From the NCBI GenBank assembly GCA_001793945.1, contig MGIW01000006.1, positions 70,179-134,178 on the forward strand: 64,000 nucleotides of DNA, given 5' to 3'. The DNA comes from Candidatus Wolfebacteria bacterium RIFOXYD12_FULL_48_21 (GTDB lineage: Bacteria; Patescibacteriota; Minisyncoccia; UBA6257; UBA9933). The notes under the pieces are model-generated. The model saw nothing but the letters and a program-made list of their open reading frames with translations, was not told the origin of the DNA and searched no databases. The translations under genes and the position numbers were made by a program. This document shows positions 29,374 to 38,657 of the stretch, piece by piece; position 1 is the first letter of the stretch, and each line of letters starts with the position of its first letter.

Positions 29374-31113
29374 ATGGAAAACAAAACACTGGTTGATGCA
29401 CTAATTCAAGATGGGCTGATCGGAGAGGTGGAAGGGCGCAAGGTGTTGCAGGAAGCCGCGCTTGCGCGACGACCCGTAGATGAAATGATCTACGAACAGC
29501 GCCTTGTGGACGAAGAAAAGCTTGCCATAGCAAAGGGCAAGCTTTTGAATGTGCCTTATCGAAAGATTGATCCACAGGATATCGATGATGAAACGCTAAA
29601 GTTGTTCCCCGAAGAAAGCGTGCGGAATTACAAGATCATCCCCCTCAGCATCAAAGACGATCTGTTGGTTGCGGGTATGATCAATCCGGATGATGCGCAT
29701 GCGCAGGAGGCCTTGAAGTTCATTGCCAAACAGCGCCGATTGAATGTGGGCGCATATATCGTCACACCGTCATTGTGGGAAACCGTGTTGCGTCGCTACT
29801 CGCCCTATCGCAGCTTGATCGATGAGGCCATAAAAGCGAGCGCTTCCATCGCGGCAAAGGGTTCCGGCCCGGTGCAGACCGTTCGGCTTGAAGAAACGAA
29901 AGGCGCCAATGCCGATGAGACGCCGATTATTCGCATTGTTTCGACCACGCTCAAGGAAGCGGTTTGGGAAAAGGCGTCCGATATCCATATTGAACCACAG
30001 CGCAACCGCAGTCGCATCCGCTTTCGTATCGACGGCGAATTGCGGGAAGTCTCCGCATTTCCTTTGGTTCTGCATTCATTGATCGTATCCCGCGTCAAGA
30101 TCCTTGCGAACCTTAAGATCGACGAGTCGCGTATTCCACAGGATGGTCGTTTTCGAACCGTTTTGTTTGGCAGGGATATCGATTATCGCGTTGCTACATT
30201 TCCGACTCCGGTCGGCGAGAAGGTTGTTATTCGCGTACTTGATCCGTCCACCGGTTTGCGCGGGTTGGAAGATCTTGGGTTGCGCGGTAAGAATCTTGCT
30301 ACCGTAAAAAGTGGTATTGAAAAACCATACGGTGTCATTTTGATTACCGGCCCTACTGGCTCCGGAAAAAGCACAACGCTATATGCGTTGATGCAGTTGT
30401 TGAACAAGGACGATGTGAACATTGTCAGTCTTGAAGACCCGGTTGAATATTATATGGATGGACTGAATCAATCCCAGGTAAAGCCGGAAATCGGATACGA
30501 TTTTGCATCCGGACTGCGCCAGATATTGCGCCAAGACCCCGATGTGATCATGGTCGGTGAGGTCCGCGACGAAGAAACTGCTGCACTTACCATCCAAGCT
30601 GCACTTACCGGGCATATTGTACTTTCCACGCTGCATACCAACAATTCCGTTGGTGTCATCCCGCGTCTTATCGATATGAAGGTGCAACCGTTTTTGCTTC
30701 CTGCCGCACTTAATCTTATGCTTGCACAACGGCTTGTTACGCGGTTGTGCCAACAGTGCAAAGTGGGTGAACTTGCCCCTCCTCAAGTTGCCGAGATTAT
30801 TGCTCGCGAACTTGGCAGATTATCTGCCGATGCACGGGGGGTATATCCGGTTTCCGGCCCGTATACGGTGTATCATTCGCCGGGCTGCGAAGCATGTAAA
30901 GGAAAAGGTGTCTCGGGGCGACTCGCTGTGTTTGAAGTATTGGCCATGACTCCCGAGATGGAGCGGGTCATAAACGCCGGGGCGACCGAGTCCGCTATTC
31001 TTGAAGAAGCCCGCCGGCAAAATATAGTTACCATGCATCAAGATGGCATTCTTAAGGCACTTGAGGGGATGACATCCATAGAAGAAGTGCTTCGTGAAAC
31101 CGTGGAAATGTGA
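29374..31113 (+). CDS. pilB: Type IV pilus extension ATPase PilB/GspE
   Basis: ASDIHIEP, GPTGSGKS, LRQDPDVIMVGE, STLHTN, tetra-Cys. Confidence 0.95.
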   Translation: MENKTLVDALIQDGLIGEVEGRKVLQEAALARRPVDEMIYEQRLVDEEKLAIAKGKLLNVPYRKIDPQDIDDETLKLFPEESVRNYKIIPLSIKDDLLVAGMINPDDAHAQEALKFIAKQRRLNVGAYIVTPSLWETVLRRYSPYRSLIDEAIKASASIAAKGSGPVQTVRLEETKGANADETPIIRIVSTTLKEAVWEKASDIHIEPQRNRSRIRFRIDGELREVSAFPLVLHSLIVSRVKILANLKIDESRIPQDGRFRTVLFGRDIDYRVATFPTPVGEKVVIRVLDPSTGLRGLEDLGLRGKNLATVKSGIEKPYGVILITGPTGSGKSTTLYALMQLLNKDDVNIVSLEDPVEYYMDGLNQSQVKPEIGYDFASGLRQILRQDPDVIMVGEVRDEETAALTIQAALTGHIVLSTLHTNNSVGVIPRLIDMKVQPFLLPAALNLMLAQRLVTRLCQQCKVGELAPPQVAEIIARELGRLSADARGVYPVSGPYTVYHSPGCEACKGKGVSGRLAVFEVLAMTPEMERVINAGATESAILEEARRQNIVTMHQDGILKALEGMTSIEEVLRETVEM

Positions 31114-31224
31114 TAAAATACATGCAACAAGCGACATGTAACATGTAACAAGGGAATGCGGTTATAGTACACCATTTCACTTATATTCCATGTCTCAGTA
31201 ACTAGTAAACATTCATCCCTTTCT

Positions 31225-32298
31225 ATGGACTACAAACAACAGCTAAATGACCTTTTGCTTTCAACGGCAAAACAAAACGCATCCGACCTGCACATCGGTG
31301 TCGGCAAATATCCCATGTTGCGCATCGATGGGTTGTTGATCCCGTTGCAAAAAGAGGGCATCGTTACACCCGAGGTCGCAACTGGTCTTGTTACCGAGTT
31401 GCTGACTCCCCAACAACGCGCGGTTGTTGAGAAAAACCGCGAAGTCGATTTTTCTTATACCTATGAAGATAAGGCGCGTTTTCGTATTAATGTATTCTAT
31501 CAGCGCGGATATATGGCTGCAGCATTGCGTTTGATCCCGGCGGAGGCTCGCACTATAGAAGATCTTGGTTTGCCGCCGATCTTGCACGATTTTACCAAAC
31601 TGTCGCAAGGATTCTTTTTGATTGTGGGCCCTGCCGGCCATGGCAAGTCGACTACGCTTGCTGCACTTGTCGACGAGATCAACCATACTCGCACGGAACA
31701 TATTATCACCATTGAAGATCCTGTCGAATATATGTTTGTGCAGGATAAGTCCATCGTTTCGCAACGCGAAGTGCTGAGCGATACGCCCGATTTTCACATG
31801 GCATTGAAGTCGCTTTTGCGTCAGGATCCGGACATTGTCATGATTGGAGAAATGCGCGACAAGGAATCCATCGCTACCGCCATGACGGCCGCGGAAACCG
31901 GACACCTTGTCTTTTCCACACTGCATACCAATTCGGCCGCACAGACTATTGATCGTATTATTGATAGCTTTCCGCCTGATCAGCAAAACCAGGTCGCTTC
32001 GCAGCTTGCCGCCACATTGGTCGGCATCGTTTCTCAGCGGTTGATCCCGCATGTCGATGGCGGCCGCGTTCCCGCGTGCGAAATCATGATCGTCAATTCC
32101 GCCATCCGCAACTTGATCCGTGAGCGCAAGGCGTACCAAATCGACTTGGTCATTGAAACATCCATGCAAGAGGGTATGGTCACGCTGAACCGATCGCTTG
32201 CTACGCTGGTTCGCAGTCGGCAGATCGCACTCGAAGAGGCGGAGTTGTACTCGTTGAATGCGAGTGAGCTGCGCATATTGATCGAAAGGGTGTCGTAG
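31225..32298 (+). CDS. pilT: Type IV pilus retraction ATPase PilT
   Basis: ASDLH, GPAGHGKSTT, EDPVE, LRQDPD, AIRNLIRE. Confidence 0.95.
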   Translation: MDYKQQLNDLLLSTAKQNASDLHIGVGKYPMLRIDGLLIPLQKEGIVTPEVATGLVTELLTPQQRAVVEKNREVDFSYTYEDKARFRINVFYQRGYMAAALRLIPAEARTIEDLGLPPILHDFTKLSQGFFLIVGPAGHGKSTTLAALVDEINHTRTEHIITIEDPVEYMFVQDKSIVSQREVLSDTPDFHMALKSLLRQDPDIVMIGEMRDKESIATAMTAAETGHLVFSTLHTNSAAQTIDRIIDSFPPDQQNQVASQLAATLVGIVSQRLIPHVDGGRVPACEIMIVNSAIRNLIRERKAYQIDLVIETSMQEGMVTLNRSLATLVRSRQIALEEAELYSLNASELRILIERVS

Positions 32299-32390
32299 GG
32301 TTGTGTCATTCTGAACTTGTTTCAGAATCCCCCCTATTTGTACATGAGATTCCGAAACAAGTTCGGAATGACAATAAGATATGTTTATCC

Positions 32391-33605
32391 ATGAAATTCA
32401 AATACCAAGCACGCAATAAGGATGGGGAACTGCAAGTCGGGTTCGTGGAATCATATTCGCAGGCGGGCGCTGCGGATGTTTTGGTTTCCCATAGTCTGTA
32501 TGTCCTTAGTCTTGAAAGTACGGATAAGGAAAATATTTTTGACAAATTTCTTGCCGCGTTCAAGCATATTTCACTAACCGATCTCATGATCTTTACGCGT
32601 CAATTTGCGACGCTCATGGAGGCAAAGGTTTCCCTTGGTGATTCCATGAAGAACCTGCAAAAGCAGACGCGTAGCCCGATGATGAAAGAAGTGATCCATG
32701 AGATCACATCCGACATCGACAGCGGTCTTGCCCTGTCACAGGCGTTTGAACGACAAAAGGATGTATTTTCGGAATTTTATGTCAGCATGATCCGGTCTGC
32801 CGAGATAACGGGGCGTTTGGAAGAAGCCGTTATTTATTTGGCCGCCTATATCGAAAAGCAAAAACTGTGGCGCTCTCGCATCATTAACGCGCTTATTTAT
32901 CCAATCATTTTAGTTGTCATGTTCTTGGGCATCGTGTTGCTTATGGTAACCATGGTCTTGCCGAACATTCGGCCGATCTTGCTTGAATCGGGCACCGCAT
33001 TGCCGTGGTATACGCAGGCTGTTTTGGTTGGGGGCGATTTCATCATCAACTGGTGGTGGGTCGTGATTCTTGCCGTCGTACCTTTGGTCATGTTCATTTT
33101 GGAATATGCCCGCAGTGAAGAGGGTAAGGTGGTTATCGACGAAGTGGTATTGCGCATGCCCGTGTTCGGAAACCTTTTTGCGAAAATGTACATTGCCCGG
33201 TTTGCGGAATCGTTGAGCATCTTGATCCAAGGAGGTATTCCTATCGCGCAAGCATTGGAGATCACTTCTCGATCGATTGGCAGTAATGTGTTCCATGAGA
33301 TATTGCACGAGGTCAGCGATCGGGTTCGCGGAGGCGAGCTGCTTTCCACTGCATTGGAGCAGTACGAATTTTACTTTCCTTCGTTGGTCAGTCAGATGAT
33401 CGCCATCGGCGAAACTACGGGGCGGCTCGATGAACTGCTCGGCCGCGTTGGTATATTCTACACGCGGGAGGTCGACGACATCATGGGTCGGCTTGGCGAG
33501 CTTATCCAGCCGCTCATCATCGCCATTATCGGTGTCTTTGTCGGATTCCTATTTGCATCCATACTCGTTCCGATATATAATTTAGTAAAGTCATTCAGTG
33601 CATAA
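32391..33605 (+). CDS. pilC: Type IV pilus platform protein PilC/GspF
   Basis: FTRQFATL, ALIYP, MIAIGETTGRLD. Confidence 0.93.
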   Translation: MKFKYQARNKDGELQVGFVESYSQAGAADVLVSHSLYVLSLESTDKENIFDKFLAAFKHISLTDLMIFTRQFATLMEAKVSLGDSMKNLQKQTRSPMMKEVIHEITSDIDSGLALSQAFERQKDVFSEFYVSMIRSAEITGRLEEAVIYLAAYIEKQKLWRSRIINALIYPIILVVMFLGIVLLMVTMVLPNIRPILLESGTALPWYTQAVLVGGDFIINWWWVVILAVVPLVMFILEYARSEEGKVVIDEVVLRMPVFGNLFAKMYIARFAESLSILIQGGIPIAQALEITSRSIGSNVFHEILHEVSDRVRGGELLSTALEQYEFYFPSLVSQMIAIGETTGRLDELLGRVGIFYTREVDDIMGRLGELIQPLIIAIIGVFVGFLFASILVPIYNLVKSFSA

Positions 33606-33660
33606 TTAACCAACAACTAATAACCTGCGGCCGATAACAAATATCGGAGGATACTATTTT

Positions 33661-34155
33661 ATGAAAATACTACAATACAAAAAAGGCAGCGCCTTGATCC
33701 GTCAGGCGACGGAGAAAGGTTTTACTTTGGTCGAAATGCTTATCGTTATTGCTATCGTTGCCATTCTTGCATCGGTTGCGTTGGTAAGCGTGCGTGGCGT
33801 TCGTGAGGCGGCGGCCGACACCAAGCGCATTTCCGATTTGAGCAAAGTGCAAACATTGCTTGAGATCTATTATAATAAGCAAGGTACATATCCGAATGTA
33901 AGTACTTGGGACGCATTGGAGACCGAGCTGAAAGCAAAGAACATCACTGCTACCGATATTCCGCAGGACCCGCTTGGCGACACCCGCTCCTATGCATATG
34001 GCATTCAGCCCTCCACATTTCAACGCTATATTTTACGGGCTCAATTGTTGGATTCAGACCATAGAAATCTTACCGATGCCAACGAGATTGATACCACTGA
34101 ATACGGCGTTGATTGCAACGATACCAGCGGCTATTACTGTATAAGCTCGTTCTAA
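33661..34155 (+). CDS. Type IV pilin / GspG-like
   Basis: KG|FTLVEMLIVIAIVAILA, PQDP, C-terminal Cys pair. Confidence 0.9.
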   Translation: MKILQYKKGSALIRQATEKGFTLVEMLIVIAIVAILASVALVSVRGVREAAADTKRISDLSKVQTLLEIYYNKQGTYPNVSTWDALETELKAKNITATDIPQDPLGDTRSYAYGIQPSTFQRYILRAQLLDSDHRNLTDANEIDTTEYGVDCNDTSGYYCISSF

Positions 34156-34182
34156 CGGGTTCCCGTATGCCCATGCAAGCGC

Positions 34183-35109
34183 ATGGGCATATTTATATCT
34201 TTTGCCATTATGACATTTTTTTCCTATATACTTTTGGCGACGCTCGGGCTTATTATCGGAAGCTTTCTTAATGTTGCAACGCTGCGCTATGATCCTGATG
34301 GGGGATTTTTGAATATACGTTTATTTGGCGGTCGTTCTCATTGTCCGCGGTGTCGCGCGCAACTGGCGTGGTATGAGCTCATCCCCGTATTGAGTTATTT
34401 GTTTCTTTGGGGGCAATGCCGCCATTGCAAGCAGCACATATCGTTGCAGTATCCTATCGTAGAGCTTCTAACCGCCATTGTATTCGTTGCGATTCCTATG
34501 CGCATTGAATCGATGTCCTATATGCTATTTGCGGGCAGTGTCGGAGCGCTTTCCGTTGCGCATCTTTTGGTATCTGCGCTTTGGGTCGCAGTCTTTGTGT
34601 TGTTCATTGCATTGGCGGTCATAGATCTTCGCCACATGATCATTCCCGATTTTATTGCGATCGCCTTGGGCACTATCGGGGTCGTGCTTGCCGGTGTCAT
34701 GCAATGGTTTGGCGGGTTTTCCCCGTTGCGGGGTTCTTTTATGGGGCACTATGCCATGATTTTTGGGTTTCGCGAAAGCATTTGGGTTAACCATTTTTTT
34801 GCGGCGTTTGTTGGGCTTATATTTTTTGGGCTTATCATCGGCTTGAGTAGGGGGCGTGCGATGGGATGGGGAGACCTAAAGCTTGCGGGTGCATTGGGTC
34901 TTATCTTCGGATGGCCGGATATTGTGCTTGTGCTCATGCTCTCGTTCATTATCGGGTCCGTTGTGTCGGTTGGGCTTATGGTGCGCGGGCGCAAGACCAT
35001 GGGCGATGCGGTTCCATTTGGTCCGTTTTTGGTTATCGGCGCGGCAACCGTGTTCTTTTTCGGTTTCCGAATCATGTCGCTATATTTTGGTTCGTTCGGT
35101 GTTGTGTGA
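34183..35109 (+). CDS. pilD: Prepilin peptidase
   Basis: GSFLNV, RSHCPRC, CRHC, MGWGDLKL, PFGPFL. Confidence 0.95.
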   Translation: MGIFISFAIMTFFSYILLATLGLIIGSFLNVATLRYDPDGGFLNIRLFGGRSHCPRCRAQLAWYELIPVLSYLFLWGQCRHCKQHISLQYPIVELLTAIVFVAIPMRIESMSYMLFAGSVGALSVAHLLVSALWVAVFVLFIALAVIDLRHMIIPDFIAIALGTIGVVLAGVMQWFGGFSPLRGSFMGHYAMIFGFRESIWVNHFFAAFVGLIFFGLIIGLSRGRAMGWGDLKLAGALGLIFGWPDIVLVLMLSFIIGSVVSVGLMVRGRKTMGDAVPFGPFLVIGAATVFFFGFRIMSLYFGSFGVV

Positions 35110-35120
35110 GTAGGGGGGCG

Positions 35121-35215
35121 CCAAGCAGAATCGCTGCAGGGGAACCCGCTCACGGATTTTGTGGGGCAAAATCCTGCGCTTCCGTTTGGGTTCCCCTGCA
35201 GCGATTTCGCTTGGC
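35121..35215. repeat. Long GC-rich inverted repeat/hairpin with a partial second copy at about 35249-35277
   Basis: AATCGCTGCAGGGGAACCC ... GGGTTCCCCTGCAGCGATT. Confidence 0.8.
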
Positions 35216-35539
35216 TTGAAGGGAGGGGAAGAGAAGGGAAGGGGCAGACAGAATCGCCATGCGGGAACCCGCTCACGTGTTACACACTGCTGTCCGCCGG
35301 CTGGCGGATTTAGGTTCCCATATTGTCATTCCTGTGAAAACAGGAATCTGAATTTCCGTCATCGCAAGGCGGAATGTTTCTCATATAGGCTTGCCATGCC
35401 TGCAGATCGCATATATACTTGAAATAGAAGGGTAGTATTGGGTTTAGTGTTAGCCACACAGTCGAGGTGGCTTGACAAAAATATTAAACCATGCTATTAA
35501 TTAAATCAGCAACTAACCAACTAATAAAGGAGAAAAACC

Positions 35540-36145
35540 ATGGAAGGATTCAACAGAAAGGCATTCGACGAAATGGTGGGCAAGGCACAAGAAGAGGCAT
35601 TAAAAGACAATGCCAAACTTGATAGCGCAAATGCGCTGATCAAAGAGATCAAGGGAGAAAAGGAAATTGCCGAGTCGAAAGAGCAATTCGAAACTTGGCA
35701 AACAATCGAATCTGGAGGGAAGTCAAAGGACGAGCTCATAAAAGAGCTTGAAGAAAAAGGAAGACTAATTGGCGCCGACGCCAACCATCTTCTTAAAAGT
35801 GAAGATTTCAAGACCTCCGAATCAAGGGAACATATTGATCTCGTAAGGCCGACCGTTAAAGATCTCGGGTTTGATAATGGTGCCACTACTGAAGAAATAT
35901 ACGCAAGAGCCGATGAATTGGGGTTGGATCTCTGTGAAGCTGAAGATGCTCCCAACTTAAGGGTCCAATATGATGGGACAGAAGGCATGGCGATCGCCAT
36001 GAAGCAGATTACCGGCTCTGGTGGCTTCCCGAGTGTGTTCTACCTGAGCAGCGATGACGACGACCTGTGGCTCGGCACGAACGGTGCGCGTCCCGGCATC
36101 AGGTGGAATGCTGACAATCGCTTTGTCTTCCGTCGGCGCAAGTAA
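35540..36145 (+). CDS. DGR target protein with C-terminal variable region
   Basis: AAGGAG RBS. The last 45 codons are the VR (ITGSGGFPSVFYLSSDDDDLWLGTNGARPGIRWNADNRFVFRRRK). Confidence 0.92.
   Translation: MEGFNRKAFDEMVGKAQEEALKDNAKLDSANALIKEIKGEKEIAESKEQFETWQTIESGGKSKDELIKELEEKGRLIGADANHLLKSEDFKTSESREHIDLVRPTVKDLGFDNGATTEEIYARADELGLDLCEAEDAPNLRVQYDGTEGMAIAMKQITGSGGFPSVFYLSSDDDDLWLGTNGARPGIRWNADNRFVFRRRK
36008..36142 (+). repeat. DGR variable repeat (VR)
   Basis: 135-bp ungapped match to 36499-36633 with 14 mismatches, all opposite TR adenines. Confidence 0.96.
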
Positions 36146-36208
36146 CTCTTGTGGACTTGTGCGCCTGTTATCTATTTGGGCACTTGGTCCCTTTGTTCCC
36201 TTGCATTT

Positions 36209-36233
36209 AAATCCCGCGCTTTGCGCGGGATTT
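36209..36233. promoter_or_regulatory. Hairpin downstream of VR (candidate DGR homing cruciform and/or terminator)
   Basis: AAATCCCGCGC-TTT-GCGCGGGATTT, a perfect 11-bp stem with a 3-nt loop. Confidence 0.7.
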
Positions 36234-36498
36234 GTATTATGGTACGATGATTGCGGTAGTAGGCTAATGATCCAATGCGGGCGATCAAGGTTTCCCGCGG
36301 CCGAATCCGGTATCCATGCGTCGAGAGTGCCTTCGTCCTCCGGCTGGCGGATTGAGACAGGGTGGCGCATGCAGAAACTCCATCAAAAATGAAGATACTT
36401 GGTATAAGATATTGGAGGAGTCTTGCTCCCAAATACTATACAGCCTTGAGTTTGCCAGCAAGCGATCGAGGGGCGGTGGAACGGATGATATCTTATAC

Positions 36499-36633
36499 AT
36501 TACCGACTCTGATGGCAACCCGAATGTGTTCAACCTGAACAGCAATGACGACGACCTGTGGCTCGACACGAACAATGCGCGTCCCGACAACAGGTGGAAT
36601 GCTGACAATCGCTTTGTCTTCCGTCGGCGCAAA
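36499..36633 (+). ncRNA. DGR template repeat (TR), expected to be part of the DGR RNA
   Basis: Adenine-rich copy of VR with 10 AAY codons. Adenines are confined to codon positions 1-2 except in the last codon. Confidence 0.93.
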
Positions 36634-36638
36634 CCTCT

Positions 36639-37063
36639 TTATTTCTCCTCCGGACTTGCGCCGGAGGAGTTTTTCTTTTCAATCTGGTGTTGCCACCCGC
36701 CGAGCATCTTGCCGATCTCATCTACGCATTTTGAAAGCGCAATGTATTTCTTACTATCAAGAACATTTATTTCCCACGCAAAGCGGAAAAAAAATTTTAG
36801 TTCGTCTATCTTGGCCCCGGCTTTTTGTAGGTGAGGCAATTTGAGTGCCTCTTTTTTCCAGCTGGCGGTAAACAGAAGTCCTGCCGTTTCGATAATAAGG
36901 CCGTCGATTTTTGTCCCCAATGTATAGCGTGAAGTTTTCGGGAATAGCTTCACATATTCTTGCCAGAGTTTGTACAGTGTGATAGTTTTGCTAATAATTG
37001 TTAAATTATTAGCGGGGGGGGGTAATTTTTTTTGTTATTATTATGAATGTCAAATTGAGTCAT
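36639..37063 (-). CDS. avd: Avd-like four-helix-bundle accessory protein. Frame open 36639-37034, ATG at 37063 in another frame
   Basis: LYKLW...FPKTSRYTLG.KID...DELKFFFRFAWE...EIGKMLGGW, located between TR and RT. Confidence 0.8.
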
Positions 37064-38071
37064 ATATTTGAAGAGATAATTTCCGTCGATAATCTTTTGT
37101 TTGCATGGAAGGAATTCGAAAAGGGCAAGAAAAACAAAATCGATGTTTTAAAATTTTCGGAACGACTGATGGATAACATCTTATCATTGCATTACGATTT
37201 GGCAAGCAGAACATATGCGCATGGCGGGTATAAGGCATTTAAAATAAGCGATCCGAAGCCCCGCGATATCCATAAAGCGAGTGTGCTGGACAGATTGCTC
37301 CATCACGCCATATATAGAGTCGCATACCCCTATTTTGACAGGAAGTTCATCTGCGATTCTTATTCCTGCCGGAACGGGAAAGGAACACACAAAGCCATGA
37401 GTCGCTTTAAGCAATATCACAATGAAGTTTCCAAAAATAACACAAGAACCTGCTGGGTATTGAAATGTGACATTAGAAAGTTTTTTGCCAATATCGACCA
37501 TCAAATACTGAGGGATATTTTAGAAAAACATATAGAGGATGAGGATTTGATGTGGCTATTGGGAGAGGTTGTCGGGAGTTTTAATACCGAAGGGAAGACG
37601 GGCAAAGGGCTTCCGCTCGGGAACCTTACATCTCAGCTCTTAGTGAATATATACATGAATGAATTTGATCAGTATATGAAGCATGTATTGAAAGTAAAAT
37701 GGTATATCCGATATGCTGATGATTTTTGCATGCTATCTGGGAATAAAAAAGAATTGGAACAATTGTTGTCCCAAACAGGTGACATTCTGAAAGGAAAGCT
37801 GGAACTGGAGCTCCATCCCGATAAGGTTTCCATAAAAACATTTTCTTCCGGAGTTGATTTTCTTGGGTGGGTGCATTTCCCGGCTTATAGCGTCTTGCGA
37901 ACTTCCACCAAAAGGAGAATGATGGAAAGAATAAGAAAGCGCTTAAATGATGAAACGGTGGGTTCGTATTTGGGAATGCTGAAGCACGGGAACGGGCATT
38001 TAATACGCGAAGAAATAGTATCAATACAAAATGGCGCAAGCGGTTGGATACCCTCTGCCAATAAGGTATAA
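37043..38071 (+). CDS. DGR-type reverse transcriptase
   Basis: KPRDI, DRLLHHA, DSYSCR.GKGTH, LKCDIRKFF, GLPLGNLTSQ, YIRYADDF, GVDFLG. 342 aa, with no maturase or endonuclease domain. Confidence 0.95.
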   Translation: MNVKLSHIFEEIISVDNLLFAWKEFEKGKKNKIDVLKFSERLMDNILSLHYDLASRTYAHGGYKAFKISDPKPRDIHKASVLDRLLHHAIYRVAYPYFDRKFICDSYSCRNGKGTHKAMSRFKQYHNEVSKNNTRTCWVLKCDIRKFFANIDHQILRDILEKHIEDEDLMWLLGEVVGSFNTEGKTGKGLPLGNLTSQLLVNIYMNEFDQYMKHVLKVKWYIRYADDFCMLSGNKKELEQLLSQTGDILKGKLELELHPDKVSIKTFSSGVDFLGWVHFPAYSVLRTSTKRRMMERIRKRLNDETVGSYLGMLKHGNGHLIREEIVSIQNGASGWIPSANKV

Positions 38072-38078
38072 TGGTCAT

Positions 38079-38657
38079 ATGATGAACGGGAAACGCGTCG
38101 AAAAGCATGCGGCTATGAGAGGATTTACCTTGATCGAAACACTCGTTGTTATGAGCCTTGTTTTGATTTTGATCTCGATTGCGGCCATGTATAACAGAAA
38201 TGCCGGACGGCAGGTTTTGGTGGCTCGCGAACATGCAAAGGTGCTGACGACATTCGTGCGTGCGCGTTCTGCCGGACTTACCATTCCAAAGACCGACCCA
38301 AGTGTGGAACGCATTTGTGCCTATGGCGTGCATGTCGATTCTGCTGCGCGTACCATTATACTATTCAAGGATCTGGGCGAGCCGCTTCCCGGCTCCTGTG
38401 TTTCGGCGAATCATATATATGATGGCGACAGTGAGGCGCTTGAGCGAAGCGTGCTTGATGCCACGGTTAATATGGCCGCTACGAACATACAAGATGTCGT
38501 ATTCATTCCGCCTTCCGGTGAAGTGATTATTACCAACGAAGGGGGAACAGTCGTGCAATCGGCGACCGTAACGGTTGCCGGTGTTGAATCGGGGCTTTCC
38601 CGCGGCGTAAAAATAAATACATTCGGACAAATAACCGAGTTTGAGCCAATCCCATGA
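38079..38657 (+). CDS. Minor pilin (FimT/GspH-like)
   Basis: RG|FTLIETLVV. Confidence 0.85.
   Translation: MMNGKRVEKHAAMRGFTLIETLVVMSLVLILISIAAMYNRNAGRQVLVAREHAKVLTTFVRARSAGLTIPKTDPSVERICAYGVHVDSAARTIILFKDLGEPLPGSCVSANHIYDGDSEALERSVLDATVNMAATNIQDVVFIPPSGEVIITNEGGTVVQSATVTVAGVESGLSRGVKINTFGQITEFEPIP

Larger units (their letters stand above)
35540..38071 (+). mobile_element. Diversity-generating retroelement (target-VR, TR, avd, RT)
   Basis: Adenine-specific VR/TR mismatches, DGR-type RT and Avd-like gene. Confidence 0.96.

Noticed and set aside
36316-36834. 172-aa ORF containing a near copy of the target C-terminus, suggesting a paralogous gene
   Set aside because: It is the TR read in frame plus antisense avd. 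TRs are usually stop-free, and there is no credible start or RBS.
37043-38071. RT as a group II intron, retron or CRISPR-associated RT
   Set aside because: No maturase/endonuclease extension, intron domain V, msr-msd or cas1. The LGNLTSQ motif with TR/VR and avd indicates a DGR.
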